From contig OZ024743.1 in assembly GCA_964016885.1 (NCBI GenBank), positions 94,116,001-94,180,000 of the forward strand: a stretch of 64,000 nt of DNA. Reading direction: 5' to 3'. Every line of letters starts with the position of its first letter. Position 1 is the first letter of the stretch. Position numbers and translations under genes: made by a program. Below, one piece after another: positions 1-16,921 of the stretch. Origin of the DNA: Eledone cirrhosa (Eukaryota). The notes beneath the pieces were generated by a model, which made no database searches, was not told the DNA's origin, and was given only the letters and a program-made list of their open reading frames with translations.

Positions 1-3000
1 TCACAACACTATCAACAGTCACATGACAGTGGTACATATCATAACACTATCAACAGTCACTTTACAGTGACACACATCACAACACTATCAACAGTCACAT
101 TACAGTGGCACACATCACAACTCTATCAACAGTCACATGACAGTGGCACACATCACAACACTATCAACAGTCACATGACAGTGGGACACATCACAACACT
201 ATCAACAGTCACATGACAGTGGGACACATCACAACACTATCAACAGTCACATTACTGTGGCACACATCACAACACTATCAACAGTCACGTGACAGTGGCA
301 CACATCACAACACTATCAAGAGTGACATGACAGTAACACACATCCCAACACTATCAACAGTCACATTACAGTGGCACACATAACAAAACTATCAACAGTC
401 ACATGACAGTGGAACACATCACGACACTATCAACAGTCACATGACAGTAACACACATCACAACACTATCAACAGTCACATGACAGTAACACACATCACAA
501 CACTATCAACAGTCACATGACAGTAACACACATCACAACACTATCAACAGTCACATTACTGTGGCACACATCACAACACTATCAACAGTCACGTGACAGT
601 GGCACACATCACAACACTATCAATAGTCACATGACCGTAACACACATCCCAACACTATCAACAGTCACATGACAGTGGCACACATCACAACACTATCAAC
701 AGTCACATGACAGTAACACACATCACAACACTATCAACAGTCACATGACAGTAACACACATCACAACACTATCAACAGTCACATGACAGTGTAACACATC
801 GCAACACTATCAACAGTCCCACAACAGTGGCACACATCACGACACTATCAACAGTCACATGACAGTAACACACATCACAACACTATCAACAGTCACATGA
901 CAGTAACACACATCACAACACTATCAACAGTCACATGACAGTGGCACATATCACAACACTATCAACCGTCACATGACAGTAACACACATCACAACACTAT
1001 CAACAGTCACATGACAGTGTAACATCACAACACTATCAACAGTCCCACAACAGTGGCACACATCACAACACTATCAACAGTCACATGACAGTAACACACA
1101 TCACAACACTATCAACAGTCACATGACATTAACACACATCACAACACTATCAACAGTCACATGACAGTGGCACACACCACAACACTATCAACAGTCACAT
1201 GACAGTGGCACATATCACAACACTATCAACCGTCTCATGACATTAACACACATCACAACACTATCAACAGTCACATGACAGTGGTACACTCACAACACTA
1301 TCAACAGTCATATGACAGCAACACACATCACAACACTATCAACTGTCACATTACAGTGGCACATATCACAACACTATCAACAGTCACATGACAGTAACAC
1401 ACATCACAACACTATCAACAGTCACATGACAGTGGTACACTCACAACACCATCAACAGTCATATGACAGTAACACACATCACAACACTATCAACTGTCAC
1501 ATTACAGTGGCACATATCACAACACTATCAACAGTCACATGACAGTAACACACATCACAACACTATCAACAGTCACATGACAGTGGCACACTCACAACAC
1601 TATAAGCAGTCACATGACAGAGGCACACATCACAACACTATCAACAGTCACATGACAGTGGCACACATCACAACACTATCAACAGTCACATTACAGTGGC
1701 ACACTCACAACACTATCAACAGTCACATGACAGTCGCACACTCACAACACTATCAACAGTCACCTGACAGTAACACACATCACAACACTATCAACAGTCA
1801 CATGACAGTGGCACATATCACAACACTATCAACAGTCACATGACAGTGGCACACGCACAACACTATCAACAGTCACATGACAGTAACACACATCACAACA
1901 CTATCAACAGTCACATTACAGTGGCACACTCACAACACTATCAACAGTCACCTGACAGTAACACACATCACAACACTATCAACAGTCACATTACAGTGGC
2001 ACACATCACAACTCTATCAACAGTCACATGACAGTGGCACAGATCACAACACTATCAACAGTCACATGACAGTCGCACACTCACAACACTATCAACAGTC
2101 ACATGACAGTAACACACATCACAACACTACCAACAGTCACATGACAATAACACACATCACAACACTATCAACAGTCACATGACAGTGACACACATCACAA
2201 CACTATCAACAGTCACATTACAGTGGCACACTCACAACACTATCAACAGGCACATGACAGTGGCACACATCACAACACTATCAACAGTCACATGACAGTA
2301 ACACACATCACAACACAATCAACAGTCACATGAGAGTGGCACATATCACAACACTATCAACAGTCACATGACAGTGGCACACATTACAACACTATCAACA
2401 GTAACATTACAGTGGCACAAATCACAACACTATCAACACTCACATGACAGTGGCACACATCACAACACTATCAACAGTCACATGACAGTGGCACACATCA
2501 CAACACTAGCAACAGTCACATGACAGTGGCACACATCACAACACTATCAACAGTCACATTACAGTGGCACACATCACAGCACCATCAACAGTCACATGAC
2601 AGTAACACACATCACAACACTAGCAACAGTCACATGACAGTGGCACACATCACAACACTATCAACAGTCACATGACAGTGGCACACATCACAACACTATC
2701 AACAGTCACATGACAGTGGGACACATCACAACACTATCAACAGTCACATGACAGTCGCACACTCACAACACTATCAACAGTCACCTGACAGTAACACACA
2801 TCACAACACTATCAACAGTCACATGACAGTGGCACATATCACAACACTATCAACAGTCACATGACAGTGACACACTCACAACACTATCAACAGTCACATG
2901 ACAGTGGCACACATCACAACACTATCAACAGTCACATGACAGTGGGAGACATCACAACACTATCAATAGTCACATGACAGTCGCACACTCACAACACTAT

Positions 3001-6000
3001 CAACAGTCACATGACAGTAACACACATCACAACACTATCAACAGTCACATGACAGTAACACACATCACAATACTATCAACAGTCACATGACAGTGGCACA
3101 CATCACAACACTATAAACTGTCACATGACACTAGCACATATCACAACACTATCAACAGTCACATTACAGTTGCACACTCACAACACTATCAACAGTCACA
3201 TGACAGTGGCACACATCACAACACTATCAACAGTCACATGACAGTAACACACATCACAACACTATCAACAGTCACATTACAGTGGCACACATCACAACTC
3301 TATCAACAGTCACATGACAGTGGCACACATCACAACACTATCAACAGTCACATGACAGTAACACACATCACAACACAATCAACAGTCACATGACAGTGGC
3401 ACATATCACAACACTATCAACAGTCACATTACAGTGGCACACTCACAACACTATCAACAGGCACATGACAGTGGCACACATCACAACACTATCAACAGTC
3501 ACATGACAGTAACACACATCACAACACAATCAACAGTCACATGACAGTGGCACACATCACAACACTATCAACAGTCACATGACAGTGGCACACATCACAA
3601 CACTATCAACAGTCACATGACAGTGGGACACATCACAACACTATCAACAGTCACATGACAGTCGCACACTCACAACACTATCAACAGTCACCTGACAGTA
3701 ACACACATCACAACACTATCAACAGTCACATGACAGTGGCACATATCACAACACTATCAACAGTCACATTACAGTGGCACACATCACAACTCTATCAACA
3801 GTCACATGACAGTGGCACATATCACAACACTATCAACAGTCACATGACAGTGGGACACATCACAACACTATCAATAGTCACATGACAGTCGCACACTCAC
3901 AACACTATCAACAGTCACATGACAGTAACACACATCACAACACTATCAACAGTCACATGACAGTAACACACATCACAATACTATCAACAGTCACATGACA
4001 GTGGCACACATCACAACACTATAAACTGTCACATGACACTAGCACATATCACAACACTATCAACAGTCACATTACAGTTGCACACTCACAACACTATCAA
4101 CAGTCACATGACAGTGGCACACATCACAACACTATCAACAGTCACATGACAGTGGGACATATCACAACACTATCAACAGTCACATGACAGTCGCACACTC
4201 ACAACACTATCAACAGTCACATGACAGTAACACACATCACAATACTATCAACAGTCACATGACAGTGGCACACATCACAACACTATAAACTGTCACATGA
4301 CACTAGCACATATCACAACACTAGCAACAGTCACATGACAGTGGCACACATCACAACACTATCAACAGTCACATGACAGTGGCACACATCAGAACACTAT
4401 CAACAGTCACATGACAGTGGGACACATCACAACACTATCAACAGTCACATGACAGTCGCACACTCACAACACTATCAACAGTCACCTGACAGTAACACAC
4501 TCACAACACTATCAACAGTCACTTTACAGTGGCACACATCACAACACTATCAACAGTCACATGACAGTGGCACACATCACAACACTAACAACAGTCACAT
4601 GACAGTGGGACATATCACAACACTATCAACAGTCACATGACAGTGGCACACATCACAACACTAGCAACAGTCACATGACAGTGGCACATATCACAACACT
4701 ATCAACAGTCACATGACAGTAACACACATCACAACACTATCAACAGTCACTTGACAGTGGAACACATCACAACACTATCAACAGTCACATGACAGTGGCA
4801 CACATCACAACACTATCAACAGTCACATGACAGTGGCATACATCACAAAACTATCAACAGTCACATGACAGTGGCACACATCACAACACTATTAACAGTC
4901 ACATTACAGTGGCACACATCACAACACTATCAACAGTCACATGACAGTGGCACACGCACAACACTATCAACAGTCACATCACAGTGGCACACATCACAAC
5001 ACTTCCAACAGTCACATGACAAAAACACACATCACAACACTATCAACAGTCACATGACAGTGACACACATCACAACACTATCAACAGTCACATTACAGTG
5101 GCACACTCACAACACTATCAACAGGCACATGACAGTGGCACACATCACAACACTAGCAACAGTCACATGACAGTGGCACATATCACAACACTATCAACAG
5201 TCACATGACAGTAACACACATCACAACACTATCAACAGTCACATGACAGTAACACACATCACAACACTATCAACAGTAACATGACAGTGGCACACATCAC
5301 AACACTATCAACAGGCACATGACAGTGGCACACATCACAACACTAGCAACAGTCACATGACAGTGGCACATATCACAACACTATCAACAGTCACATGACA
5401 GTAACACACATCACAACACTATCAACAGTCACATGACAGTGGCACACTCACAACACTATCAACAGGCACATGACAGTGGCACACATCACAACACTATCAA
5501 CAGTCACATGACAGTGGCACATATCACAACACTATCAACAGTCACATGACAGTAACACACATCACAACACTATCAACAGTCACATGACAGTGGCACATAT
5601 CACCACACTATCAACAGTCACATTACAGTGGCACACATCACAACACTATCAACAGTCACATGACAGTGGCACACATCACAACACTATCAACAGTCACATG
5701 ACAGTGGGACACATCACAACACTATCAACAGTCACATGACAGTCGCACACTCACAACACTATCAACAGTCACCTGACAGTAACACACATCACAACACTAT
5801 CAACAGTCACATTACAGTGGCACACATCACAACTCTATCAACAGTCACATGACAGTGGCACATATCACAACACTATCAACAGTCACATGACAGTGGGACA
5901 CATCACAACACTATCAACAGTCACATGACAGTGGGACACATCACAACACTATCAACAGTCACATGACAGTCGCACACTCACAACACTATCAACAGTCACA

Positions 6001-9000
6001 TGACAGTAACACACATCACAACACTATCAACAGTCACATGACAGTAACACACATCACAATACTATCAACAGTCACATGACAGTGGCACACATCACAACAC
6101 TATAAACTGTCACATGACACTGGCACATATCACAACACTATCAACAGTCACATTACAGTTGCACACTCACAACACTATCAACAGTCACATGACAGTGGCA
6201 CACTCACAACACTATCAACAGTCACTTTACAGTGGCACACATCACAACAATATCAACAGTCACATGACAGTGGCACACATCACAACACTATCAACAGTCA
6301 CATGACAGTGGGACATATCAGAACACTATCAACAGTCACATGACAGTGGCACACATCACAACACTAGCAACAGTCACATGACAGTGGCACATATCACAAC
6401 ACTATCAACAGTCACATGACAGTAACACACATCACAACACTATCAACAGTCACTTGACAGTGGAACACATCACAACACTATCAACAGTCACATGACAGTG
6501 GCACACATCACAACACTATCAACAGTCACATGACAGTGGCACACATCACAACACTATCAACAGTCACATGACAGTGGCACACATCACAACACTATCAACA
6601 GTCACATGACAGTGGCACATATCACAACACCATCAACAGTCACATGACAATGGCACACATCACAACACTATCAACAGTCACATGACAGTGGCATACATCA
6701 CAAAACTATCAACAGTCACATGACAGTGGCACACATCACAACACTATTAACAGTCACATTACAGTGGCACACATCACAACACTATAAACAGTCACATGAC
6801 AGTGGCACACATCACAACACTATCAACAGTCACATAACATTGGCACACGCACAACACTATCAACAGTCACATGACAGTGGCACACATCACAACACTTCCA
6901 ACAGTCACATGACAAAAACAAACATCACAACACTATCAACAGTCACATGACAGTGGCACATATCACAACACTATCAACAGTCACATGACAGTGGCGCACT
7001 CACAACACTATCAACAGTCACATTACAGTGGCGCACTCACAACACTATCAACAGTCATATTACAGTGGCACATATCACAACACTATCAACAGTCACATGA
7101 CAGTGGCACACATCACAACACTATCAACAGTCACATTACAGTGGCGCACTCACAACACTATCAACAGTCACATGACAGTGGCACACATCACAACACTAGC
7201 AACAGTCACATGACAGTGGCACATATCACAACACTATCAACAGTCACATGACAGTAACACATATCACAACACTATCAACAGTCACATGACAGTGGCACAT
7301 ATCACAACACTATCAACAGTCACATGACAGTGGCAGATATCACAACACTATAAACAGTCACATGACAGTGACACACATCACAACACTATCAACAGTCACA
7401 TTACAGTGGCACACTCACAACAATATCAACAGTCACATGACAGTGGCACACATCACAACACTATCAACAGTCACATGACAGTGGGACATATCACAACACT
7501 ATCAACAGTCACATGACAGTCGCACACTCACAACACTATCAACAGTCACATGACAGTAACACACATCACAATACTATCAACAGTCACATGACAGTGGCAC
7601 ACATCACAACACTATAAACTGTCACATGACACTAGCACATATCACAACACTAGCAACAGTCACATGACAGTGGCACACATCACAACACTATCAACAGTCA
7701 CATGACAGTGGCACACATCAGAACACTATCAACAGTCACATGACAGTGGGACACATCACAACACTATCAACAGTCACATGACAGTCGCACACTCACAACA
7801 CTATCAACAGTCACCTGACAGTAACACACTCACAACACTATCAACAGTCACTTTACAGTGGCACACATCACAACACTATCAACAGTCACATGACAGTGGC
7901 ACACATCACAACACTATCAACAGTCACATGACAGTGGGACATATCACAACACTATCAACAGTCACATGACAGTGGCACACATCACAACACTAGCAACAGT
8001 CACATGACAGTGGCACATATCACAACACTATCAACAGTCACATGACAGTAACACACATCACAACACTATCAACAGTCACTTGACAGTGGAACACATCACA
8101 ACACTATCAACAGTCACATGACAGTGGCACACATCACAACACTATCAACAGTCACATGACAGTGGCATACATCACAAAACTATCAACAGTCAAATGACAG
8201 TGGCACACATCACAACACTATTAACAGTCACATTACAGTGGCACACATCACAACACTATCAACAGTCACATGACAGTGGCACACGCACAACACTATCAAC
8301 AGTCACATCACAGTGGCACACATCACAACACTTCCAACAGTCACATGACAAAAACACACATCACAACACTATCAACAGTCACATGACAGTGACACACATC
8401 ACAACACTATCAACAGTCACATTACAGTGGCACACTCACAACACTATCAACAGGCACATGACAGTGGCACACATCACAACACTAGCAACAGTCACATGAC
8501 AGTGGCACATATCACAACACTATCAACAGTCACATGACAGTAACACACATCACAACACTATCAACAGTCACATGACAGTAACACACATCACAACACTATC
8601 AACAGTCACATGACAGTGGCACACATCACAACACTATCAACAGGCACATGACAGTGGCACACATCACAACACTAGCAACAGTCACATGACAGTGGCACAT
8701 ATCACAACACTATCAACAGTCACATGACAGTAACACACATCACAACACTATCAACAGTCACATGACAGTGGCACACTCACAACACTATCAACAGGCACAT
8801 GACAGTGGCACACATCACAACACTATCAACAGTCACATGACAGTGGCACATATCACAACACTATCAACAGTCACATGACAGTAACACACATCACAACACT
8901 ATCAACAGTCACATGACAGTGGCACATATCACCACACTATCAACAGTCACATTACAGTGGCACACATCACAACACTATCAACAGTCACATGACAGTGGCA

Positions 9001-12000
9001 CACATCACAACGCTATCAACAGTCACATGACAGTGGGACACATCACAACACTATCAACAGTCACATGACAGTCGCACACTCACAACACTATCAACAGTCA
9101 CCTGACAGTAACACACATCACAACACTATCAACAGTCACATTACAGTGGCACACATCACAACTCTATCAACAGTCACATGACAGTGGCACATATCACAAC
9201 ACTATCAACAGTCACATGACAGTGGGACACATCACAACACTATCAACAGTCACATGACAGTGGGACACATCACAACACTATCAACAGTCACATGACAGTC
9301 GCACACTCACAACACTATCAACAGTCACATGACAGTAACACACATCACAACACTATCAACAGTCACATGACAGTAACACACATCACAATACTATCAACAG
9401 TCACATGACAGTGGCACACATCACAACACTATAAACTGTCACATGACACTGGCACATATCACAACACTATCAACAGTCACATTACAGTTGCACACTCACA
9501 ACACTATCAACAGTCACATGACAGTGGCACACTCACAACACTATCAACAGTCACTTTACAGTGGCACACATCACAACAATATCAACAGTCACATGACAGT
9601 GGCACACATCACAACACTATCAACAGTCACATGACAGTGGGACATATCAGAACACTATCAACAGTCACATGACAGTGGCACACATCACAACACTAGCAAC
9701 AGTCACATGACAGTGGCACATATCACAACACTATCAACAGTCACATGACAGTAACACACATCACAACACTATCAACAGTCACTTGACAGTGGAACACATC
9801 ACAACACTATCAACAGTCACATGACAGTGGCACACATCACAACACTATCAACAGTCACATGACAGTGGCACACATCACAACACTATCAACAGTCACATGA
9901 CAGTGGCACACATCACAACACTATCAACAGTCACATGACAGTGGCACATATCACAACACCATCAACAGTCACATGACAATGGCACACATCACAACACTAT
10001 CAACAGTCACATGACAGTGGCATACATCACAAAACTATCAACAGTCACATGACAGTGGCACACATCACAACACTATTAACAGTCACATTACAGTGGCACA
10101 CATCACAACACTATAAACAGTCACATGACAGTGGCACACATCACAACACTATCAACAGTCACATAACATTGGCACACGCACAACACTATCAACAGTCACA
10201 TGACAGTGGCACACATCACAACACTTCCAACAGTCACATGACAAAAACAAACATCACAACACTATCAACAGTCACATGACAGTGGCACATATCACAACAC
10301 TATCAACAGTCACATGACAGTGGCGCACTCACAACACTATCAACAGTCACATTACAGTGGCGCACTCACAACACTATCAACAGTCATATTACAGTGGCAC
10401 ATATCACAACACTATCAACAGTCACATGACAGTGGCACACATCACAACACTATCAACAGTCACATTACAGTGGCGCACTCACAACACTATCAACAGTCAC
10501 ATGACAGTGGCACACATCACAACACTAGCAACAGTCACATGACAGTGGCACATATCACAACACTATCAACAGTCACATGACAGTAACACATATCACAACA
10601 CTATCAACAGTCACATGACAGTGGCACATATCACAACACTATCAACAGTCACATGACAGTGGCAGATATCACAACACTATAAACAGTCACATGACAGTGA
10701 CACACATCACAACACTATCAACAGTCACATTACAGTGGCACACTCACAACAATATCAACAGTCACATGACAGTGGCACACATCACAACACTAGCAACAGT
10801 CACATGACAGTGGCACATATCACAACACTATCAACAGTCACATGACAGTAACACACATCACAACACTATCAACAGTCACATGACAGTGGCACATATCACA
10901 ACACTATCAACAGTCACATGACAGTAACACACATCACAACACTATCAACAGTCACATGACAGTGGCACATATCACAACACTATCAACAGTCACATGATAG
11001 TGGCACACATTACAACACTATCAACAGTCACATTACAGTGGCACAAATCACAACACTATCAACACTCACATGACAGTGGCACACATCACAACACTATCAA
11101 CAGTCACATGACAGTGGCACACATCACAACACTATCAACAGTCACATGACAGTAACACACATCACAACACTATCAACAGTCACATGACAGTGGCACATAT
11201 CACAACACTATCAACAGTCACATGACAGTGGCACATATCACAACACTATCAACAGTCACATGACAGTAACACACATCACAACACTATCAACAGTCACATG
11301 ACAGTGGCACATATCACAACACTATCAACAGTCACATGACAGTAACACACATCACAACACTATCAACAGTCACATGACAGTAACACACATCAAAACACTA
11401 TCAACAGTCACATGACAGTGGCACATATCACAACACTATCAACCGTCTCATGACATTAACACACATCACAACACTATCAACAATCACATGACAGTGGCAC
11501 ATATCACCACACTATCAACAGTCACATTACAGTGGCACACATCACAACACTAGCAACAGTCACATGACAGTGGCACACATCACAACACTATCAAGTCACA
11601 TGACAGTGGCACACATCACAACACTATCAACAGTCACATGACAGTGGCACATATCGCAACACTATCAAACAGTCACATGACAATAACACACATCACAACA
11701 CTATCAACTGTCACATTAAAGTGGCACATATCACAACACTATCAACAGTCACATGACAGTGGCACACATCACAACACTATCAACAGTCACATGACAGTGG
11801 GACACATCACAACACTATCAACAGTCACATGACAGTGGGACACATCACAACACTATCAACAGTCACATGACAGTCGCACACTCACAACACTATCAACAGT
11901 CACATGACAGTAACACACATCACAACACTATCAACAGTCACATGACAGTAACACACATCACAATACTATCAACAGTCACATGACAGTGGCACACATCACA

Positions 12001-15000
12001 ACACTATAAACTGGCACATATCACAACACTATCAACAGTCACATTACAGTTGCACACTCACAACACTATCAACAGTCACATTACAGTGGCACACATCACA
12101 ACACTAGCAACAATCACATGACAGTGGCACACATCACAACACTATCAACAGTCACATTACAGTGGCACATATCACAATATCAACAGTCACATGACATTAA
12201 CACACATCACAACACTATCAACAGTCACATGACAGTGGCACACATCACAATATCAACAGTCACATGACATTAACACACATCACAACACTATCAACAGTCA
12301 CATGACAGTGGCACATATCACAACACTATCAACACTCACATGACAGTGGCACACATCACAATATCAACAGTCACATGACATTAACACACATCACAACACT
12401 ATCAACAGTCACATGACAGTGGCACACTCACAACACTATCAACAGTCATATTACAGTGGCACATGTAACAACACTATCAACAGTCACATGACAGTAACAC
12501 ACATCACAACACTATCAACAGTTACATGACAGTGGAACACATCACAACACTATCAACAGTCACATGTCAGTAACACACATCACAACACTATCAACAGTCA
12601 CATGACAGTGGGACACATCACAACACTATCAACAGTCACATTACAGTGGCGCACTCACAACACTATCAACAGTCACATGACAGTGGCACACATCACAACA
12701 CTAGCAACAGTCACATGACAGTGGCACACATCACAACACTAGCAACAGTCACATTACAGTGGCACACATCACAACACTAGCAACAGTCACATTACAGTGG
12801 CACACATCACAACACTATCAACAGTCACATGACAGTGGCACACATCACAACACTAGCAACAGTCACATTACAGTGGCACACATCACAACACTAGCAACAG
12901 TCACATTACAGTGGCACACATCACAACACTAGCAACAGTCACATTACAGTGGCACACATCACAACACTAGCAACAGTCACATTACAGTGGCACACATCAC
13001 AACACTATCAACAGTCACATGACAGTGGCACACATCACAACACTATCAACAGTCACATTACAGTGGCGCACTCACAATACTATCAACAGTCACATGACAG
13101 TGGCACACATCACAACACTAGCAACAGTCACATTACAGTGGCACACATCACAACACTAGCAACAGTCACATTACAGTGGCACACATCACAACACTATCAA
13201 CAGTCACATGACAGTGGCACACATCACAACACTATCAACAGTCACATGACAGTGGGACACATCACAACACTATCAAGTCACATTACAGTGGCACACATCA
13301 CAACAATATCAACAGTCACATGACAGTGGCACACATCACAACACTATCAACAGTCACATGACAGTGGCACACATCACAACACTATCAACAGTCACTTTAC
13401 AGTGGCACACATCACAACACTATCAACAGTCATATTACAGTGGCACATATCACAACACTATCAACAGTCACATTACAGTGGCACACATCACAACACTAGC
13501 AACAGTCACATTACAGTGGCACACATCACAACACTAGCAACAGTCACATTACAGTGGCACACATCACAACACTAGCAACAGTCACATTACAGTGGCACAC
13601 ATCACAACACTAGCAACAGTCACATGACAGTAACACACATCACAACACTATCAACAGTTACATGACAGTGGAACACATCACAACACTATCAACAGTCACA
13701 TGACAGTGGCACACATCACAATACCATCAACAGTCACATGACAGTGGCACACATCACAACACTATCAACAGTCACATGACAGTGACATACATCACAACAC
13801 TATCAACAGTCACATGACAGTGGCACACATCACAACACTATTAACAGTCACATTACAGTGGCACACATCACAACACTATAAACAGTCACATGACAGTGGC
13901 ACACATCACAACACTATCAACAGTCACATGACAGTGGCACACGCACAACACTATCAACAGTCACATGACAGTGGCACACATCACAACACTTCCAACAGTC
14001 ACATGACAAAAACACACATCACAACACTATCAACAGTCACATGACAGTGGCACACATCACAACGCTATCAACAGTCACTTTACAGTGGCACACATCACAA
14101 CACTATCAACAGTCATATTACAGTGGCACATATCACAACACTATCAACAGTCACATGACAGTAACACACATCACAACACTATCAACAGTCACATGACAGT
14201 GGCACATATCACAACACTATCAACAGTCACATTACAGTGGCACAATCACAACACTATCAACAGTCACATGACAGTGGCACACATCACAACACTAGCAACA
14301 GTCACATTACAGTGGCACACATCACAACACTATCAACAGTCACATTACAGTGGCACACATCACAACACTATAAACAGTCACATGACAGTGGCACACATCA
14401 CAACGCTATCAACAGTCACATGATAGTGGCACACGCACAACACTATCAACAGTCACATGACAGTGGCACACATCACAACACTAGCAACAGTCACATGACA
14501 GTGGCACATATCACAACACTAGCAACAGTCACATGACAGTGGCACATATCACAACACTATCAACAGTCACATGACAGTGGCACACATCACAACACTAGCA
14601 ACAGTCACATGACAGTGGCACATATCACAACACTATCAACAGTCACATTACAGTGGCACAATCACAACACTATCAACAGTCACATGACAGTGGCACACAT
14701 CACAACACTAGCAACAGTCACATTACAGTGGCACAATCACAACACTATCAACAGTCACATGACAGTGGCACACATCACAACACTATCAACAGTCACATTA
14801 CAGTGGCACAATCACAACACTATCAACAGTCACATGACAGTGGCACACATCACAACACTAGCAACAGTCACATTACAGTGGCACAATCACAACACTATCA
14901 ACAGTCACATTACAGTGGCACACATCACAACACTAGCAACAGTCACATGACAGTAACACACATCACAACACTATCACCAGTCACATGACAGTAACACACA

Positions 15001-15131
15001 TCACAACACTATCACCAGTCACATGACAGTAACACACATCACAACACTATCAACAGTCACATGACAGTAACACACATCACAACACTATCAACAGTCACAT
15101 GACAGTGGCACACATCACAACATTACAGTCA
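1..15131. repeat. 38-bp tandem satellite array (~400 units, some 37-bp variants), continues beyond the left edge of the window
   Basis: Consensus TCACAACACTATCAACAGTCACATGACAGTGGCACACA repeated head-to-tail. Variable positions are gtggc/gtaac/gtggg, atgac/attac and ctatc/ctagc. All ORFs at 1312-15100 are translations of this repeat. Confidence 0.99.
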
Positions 15132-15329
15132 CATTGGAAGCTCACGACAAGCTTCTGTACTTTTCCTTATTTGCTGCATATCTCTTCACCAATTGCCTGG
15201 TTTTCATTTCCTCCTCCATGTAAAAGACATAACACTACTATCAAATGCCATAAATATAGCAATGATACAATGAAAACAGGATCTAATAGAAGATTAAAAT
15301 GATAAAATCTGACATATGATAAGGGAGCA

Positions 15330-15907
15330 AAAACCTTTGTGACCATATTTCTACTGAAATACACTCTCTTTCATTAATTAATGAAGAATTTTGGGGGATT
15401 TAATAAAATTATTAATTATTTGATTACTATGATAGTAACTCAACATATGGTTCTTATATAAAATTATGTTGGAAGATTTAAATTTAAATGGTATGGTCAC
15501 ATAACTCCTGATGGAGTCATGGGGTCCCGTATTGGCATACTGCATTTCGTTGGTATTTTAAACCTGACGGAGCCCAACCTTCTTCAGCTTTGAACACAGC
15601 AGATTTCTTCCGGAGATAGAGTGAGAGAGATGAAATGAGAAAGAGATATAGAGGAAGAATTAACTCCAATATTAGACTGGTACTTTTTTTTATCAACCTT
15701 GAAAGGATGAAAGGCAAAGCTGACCTCAGTGGGATTTGAACTCAGAGAGCAGTGAGCCAGAATGAATACCATAAAGAATTCTATCCAACGTTCTAACTAC
15801 CCTGCCAATTCTCTACCTTACTTTAAATATGAACCCTTTAAAATGGGTAATTTTTATTTCATAGAACCAAAGCTGGTTTTGGCTGGGTTAGTATCAAAAG
15901 AGTTAAA
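15330..15907. mobile_element. Degenerate piggyBac-like MITE interrupted by a SINE
   Basis: Left end aaaacctttgtgaccatatttctactgaaatac and right end ttagtatcaaaagagttaa match the family at 30515-30877 and 33349-34239. Confidence 0.5.
15655..15815 (-). mobile_element. tRNA-derived SINE (Meta/MESC-like central domain)
   Basis: Reverse complement of GTTCAAATCCCACTGAGGTCAGCTTTGCCTTTCATCCTTTCAAGGTTGATAAAA..GTACCAGT; same family as 18265 and 20812. Confidence 0.7.
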
Positions 15908-16921
15908 ACAATTGGTTGTCAATAAAAAATTTCAGAGAAAGAAAGCAATGGAAAATTATTCCAAAAGAAACATAGGTTTGTTGTTTTTTAACCCCAAGTC
16001 AGTACTGATCCAGTAGACCTATGGTCAAAGACATTTCACCTATTATCATTTTTTTTTGTACACCTAGAACTATATTATCCAATGTGTACTTTCTTTTTTT
16101 TACGATGTTAGAGTGTGACTTGTGGGAGATTTGGCTGCTATTTTTAGCAGGTCTAAAATCGCATTGACAGAAACATTAAGTTTGTGTATTGAGATGTTAG
16201 TAGTAAAAGCAAGCATTTTAAGGCCATCTCCCACCCACCACTAATGTAGGCCCCATTAAAGGATTCATATTACGAGGTTCTTTTGAAGCAATGTTTTTTT
16301 TATCACTGGATACCCTTCCTGGCACCGATTCTTTTTAGTCACCTCTTACGACACGCAGGGATATGAAGTGTCTATTCTAAACTGAATAAACACAGTAGGA
16401 ACCTGATAGTAATATTAGAACTATGTAGTGAGGTAAGCAATTATCAAAAAAGCAAAGTTAGACAGCTAATAAGAAACCAGACAGCTAACAAGAAGACAAG
16501 AGATGGAAAAATTCAGTAATTTCACATCTATCATCAAAAATTCCTTCAAGTTTATGAAGATATGAAGCATCATGAGTTTGAAGAAGGCTAATTAAAGTTT
16601 GACTTACCCATAATTTTAGAAGCAAGGGGATTGTTACTGGACTCAAAGACTGCTCCTGGGGACAATGAGATGAATGAAGTAAACTCACTAAAATATAGAT
16701 GGCACTGGTAGTATTAATATCATCATCATTGTTGTTGTTGTTATAACTAATATTGATATGATCAAAAGACTAGATACATTGATGGAAACTGTATAAATAC
16801 TGCTATTATTTGAGATCTAAACAATTATGAAAAGAAGAAATAAAGGAAACTGAAGAAACTAAATTTACCCTAATGTGTTTGTATGTGTGTGTAGACTAGA
16901 TATATCAATGGTCACATCTTT

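Noticed and set aside
1-15131. CRISPR-like array (repeat size 37-38 bp)
   Set aside because: Units are contiguous with no unique spacers, there are no cas genes, and the context is eukaryotic.
1312-15302. Many His/Thr/Gln-rich ORFs (MTVAHITTLSTVT...)
   Set aside because: They are translations of the 38-bp satellite. The unit is not a multiple of 3, and ORFs open only where 37-bp or ATTAC variants skip the TGA.
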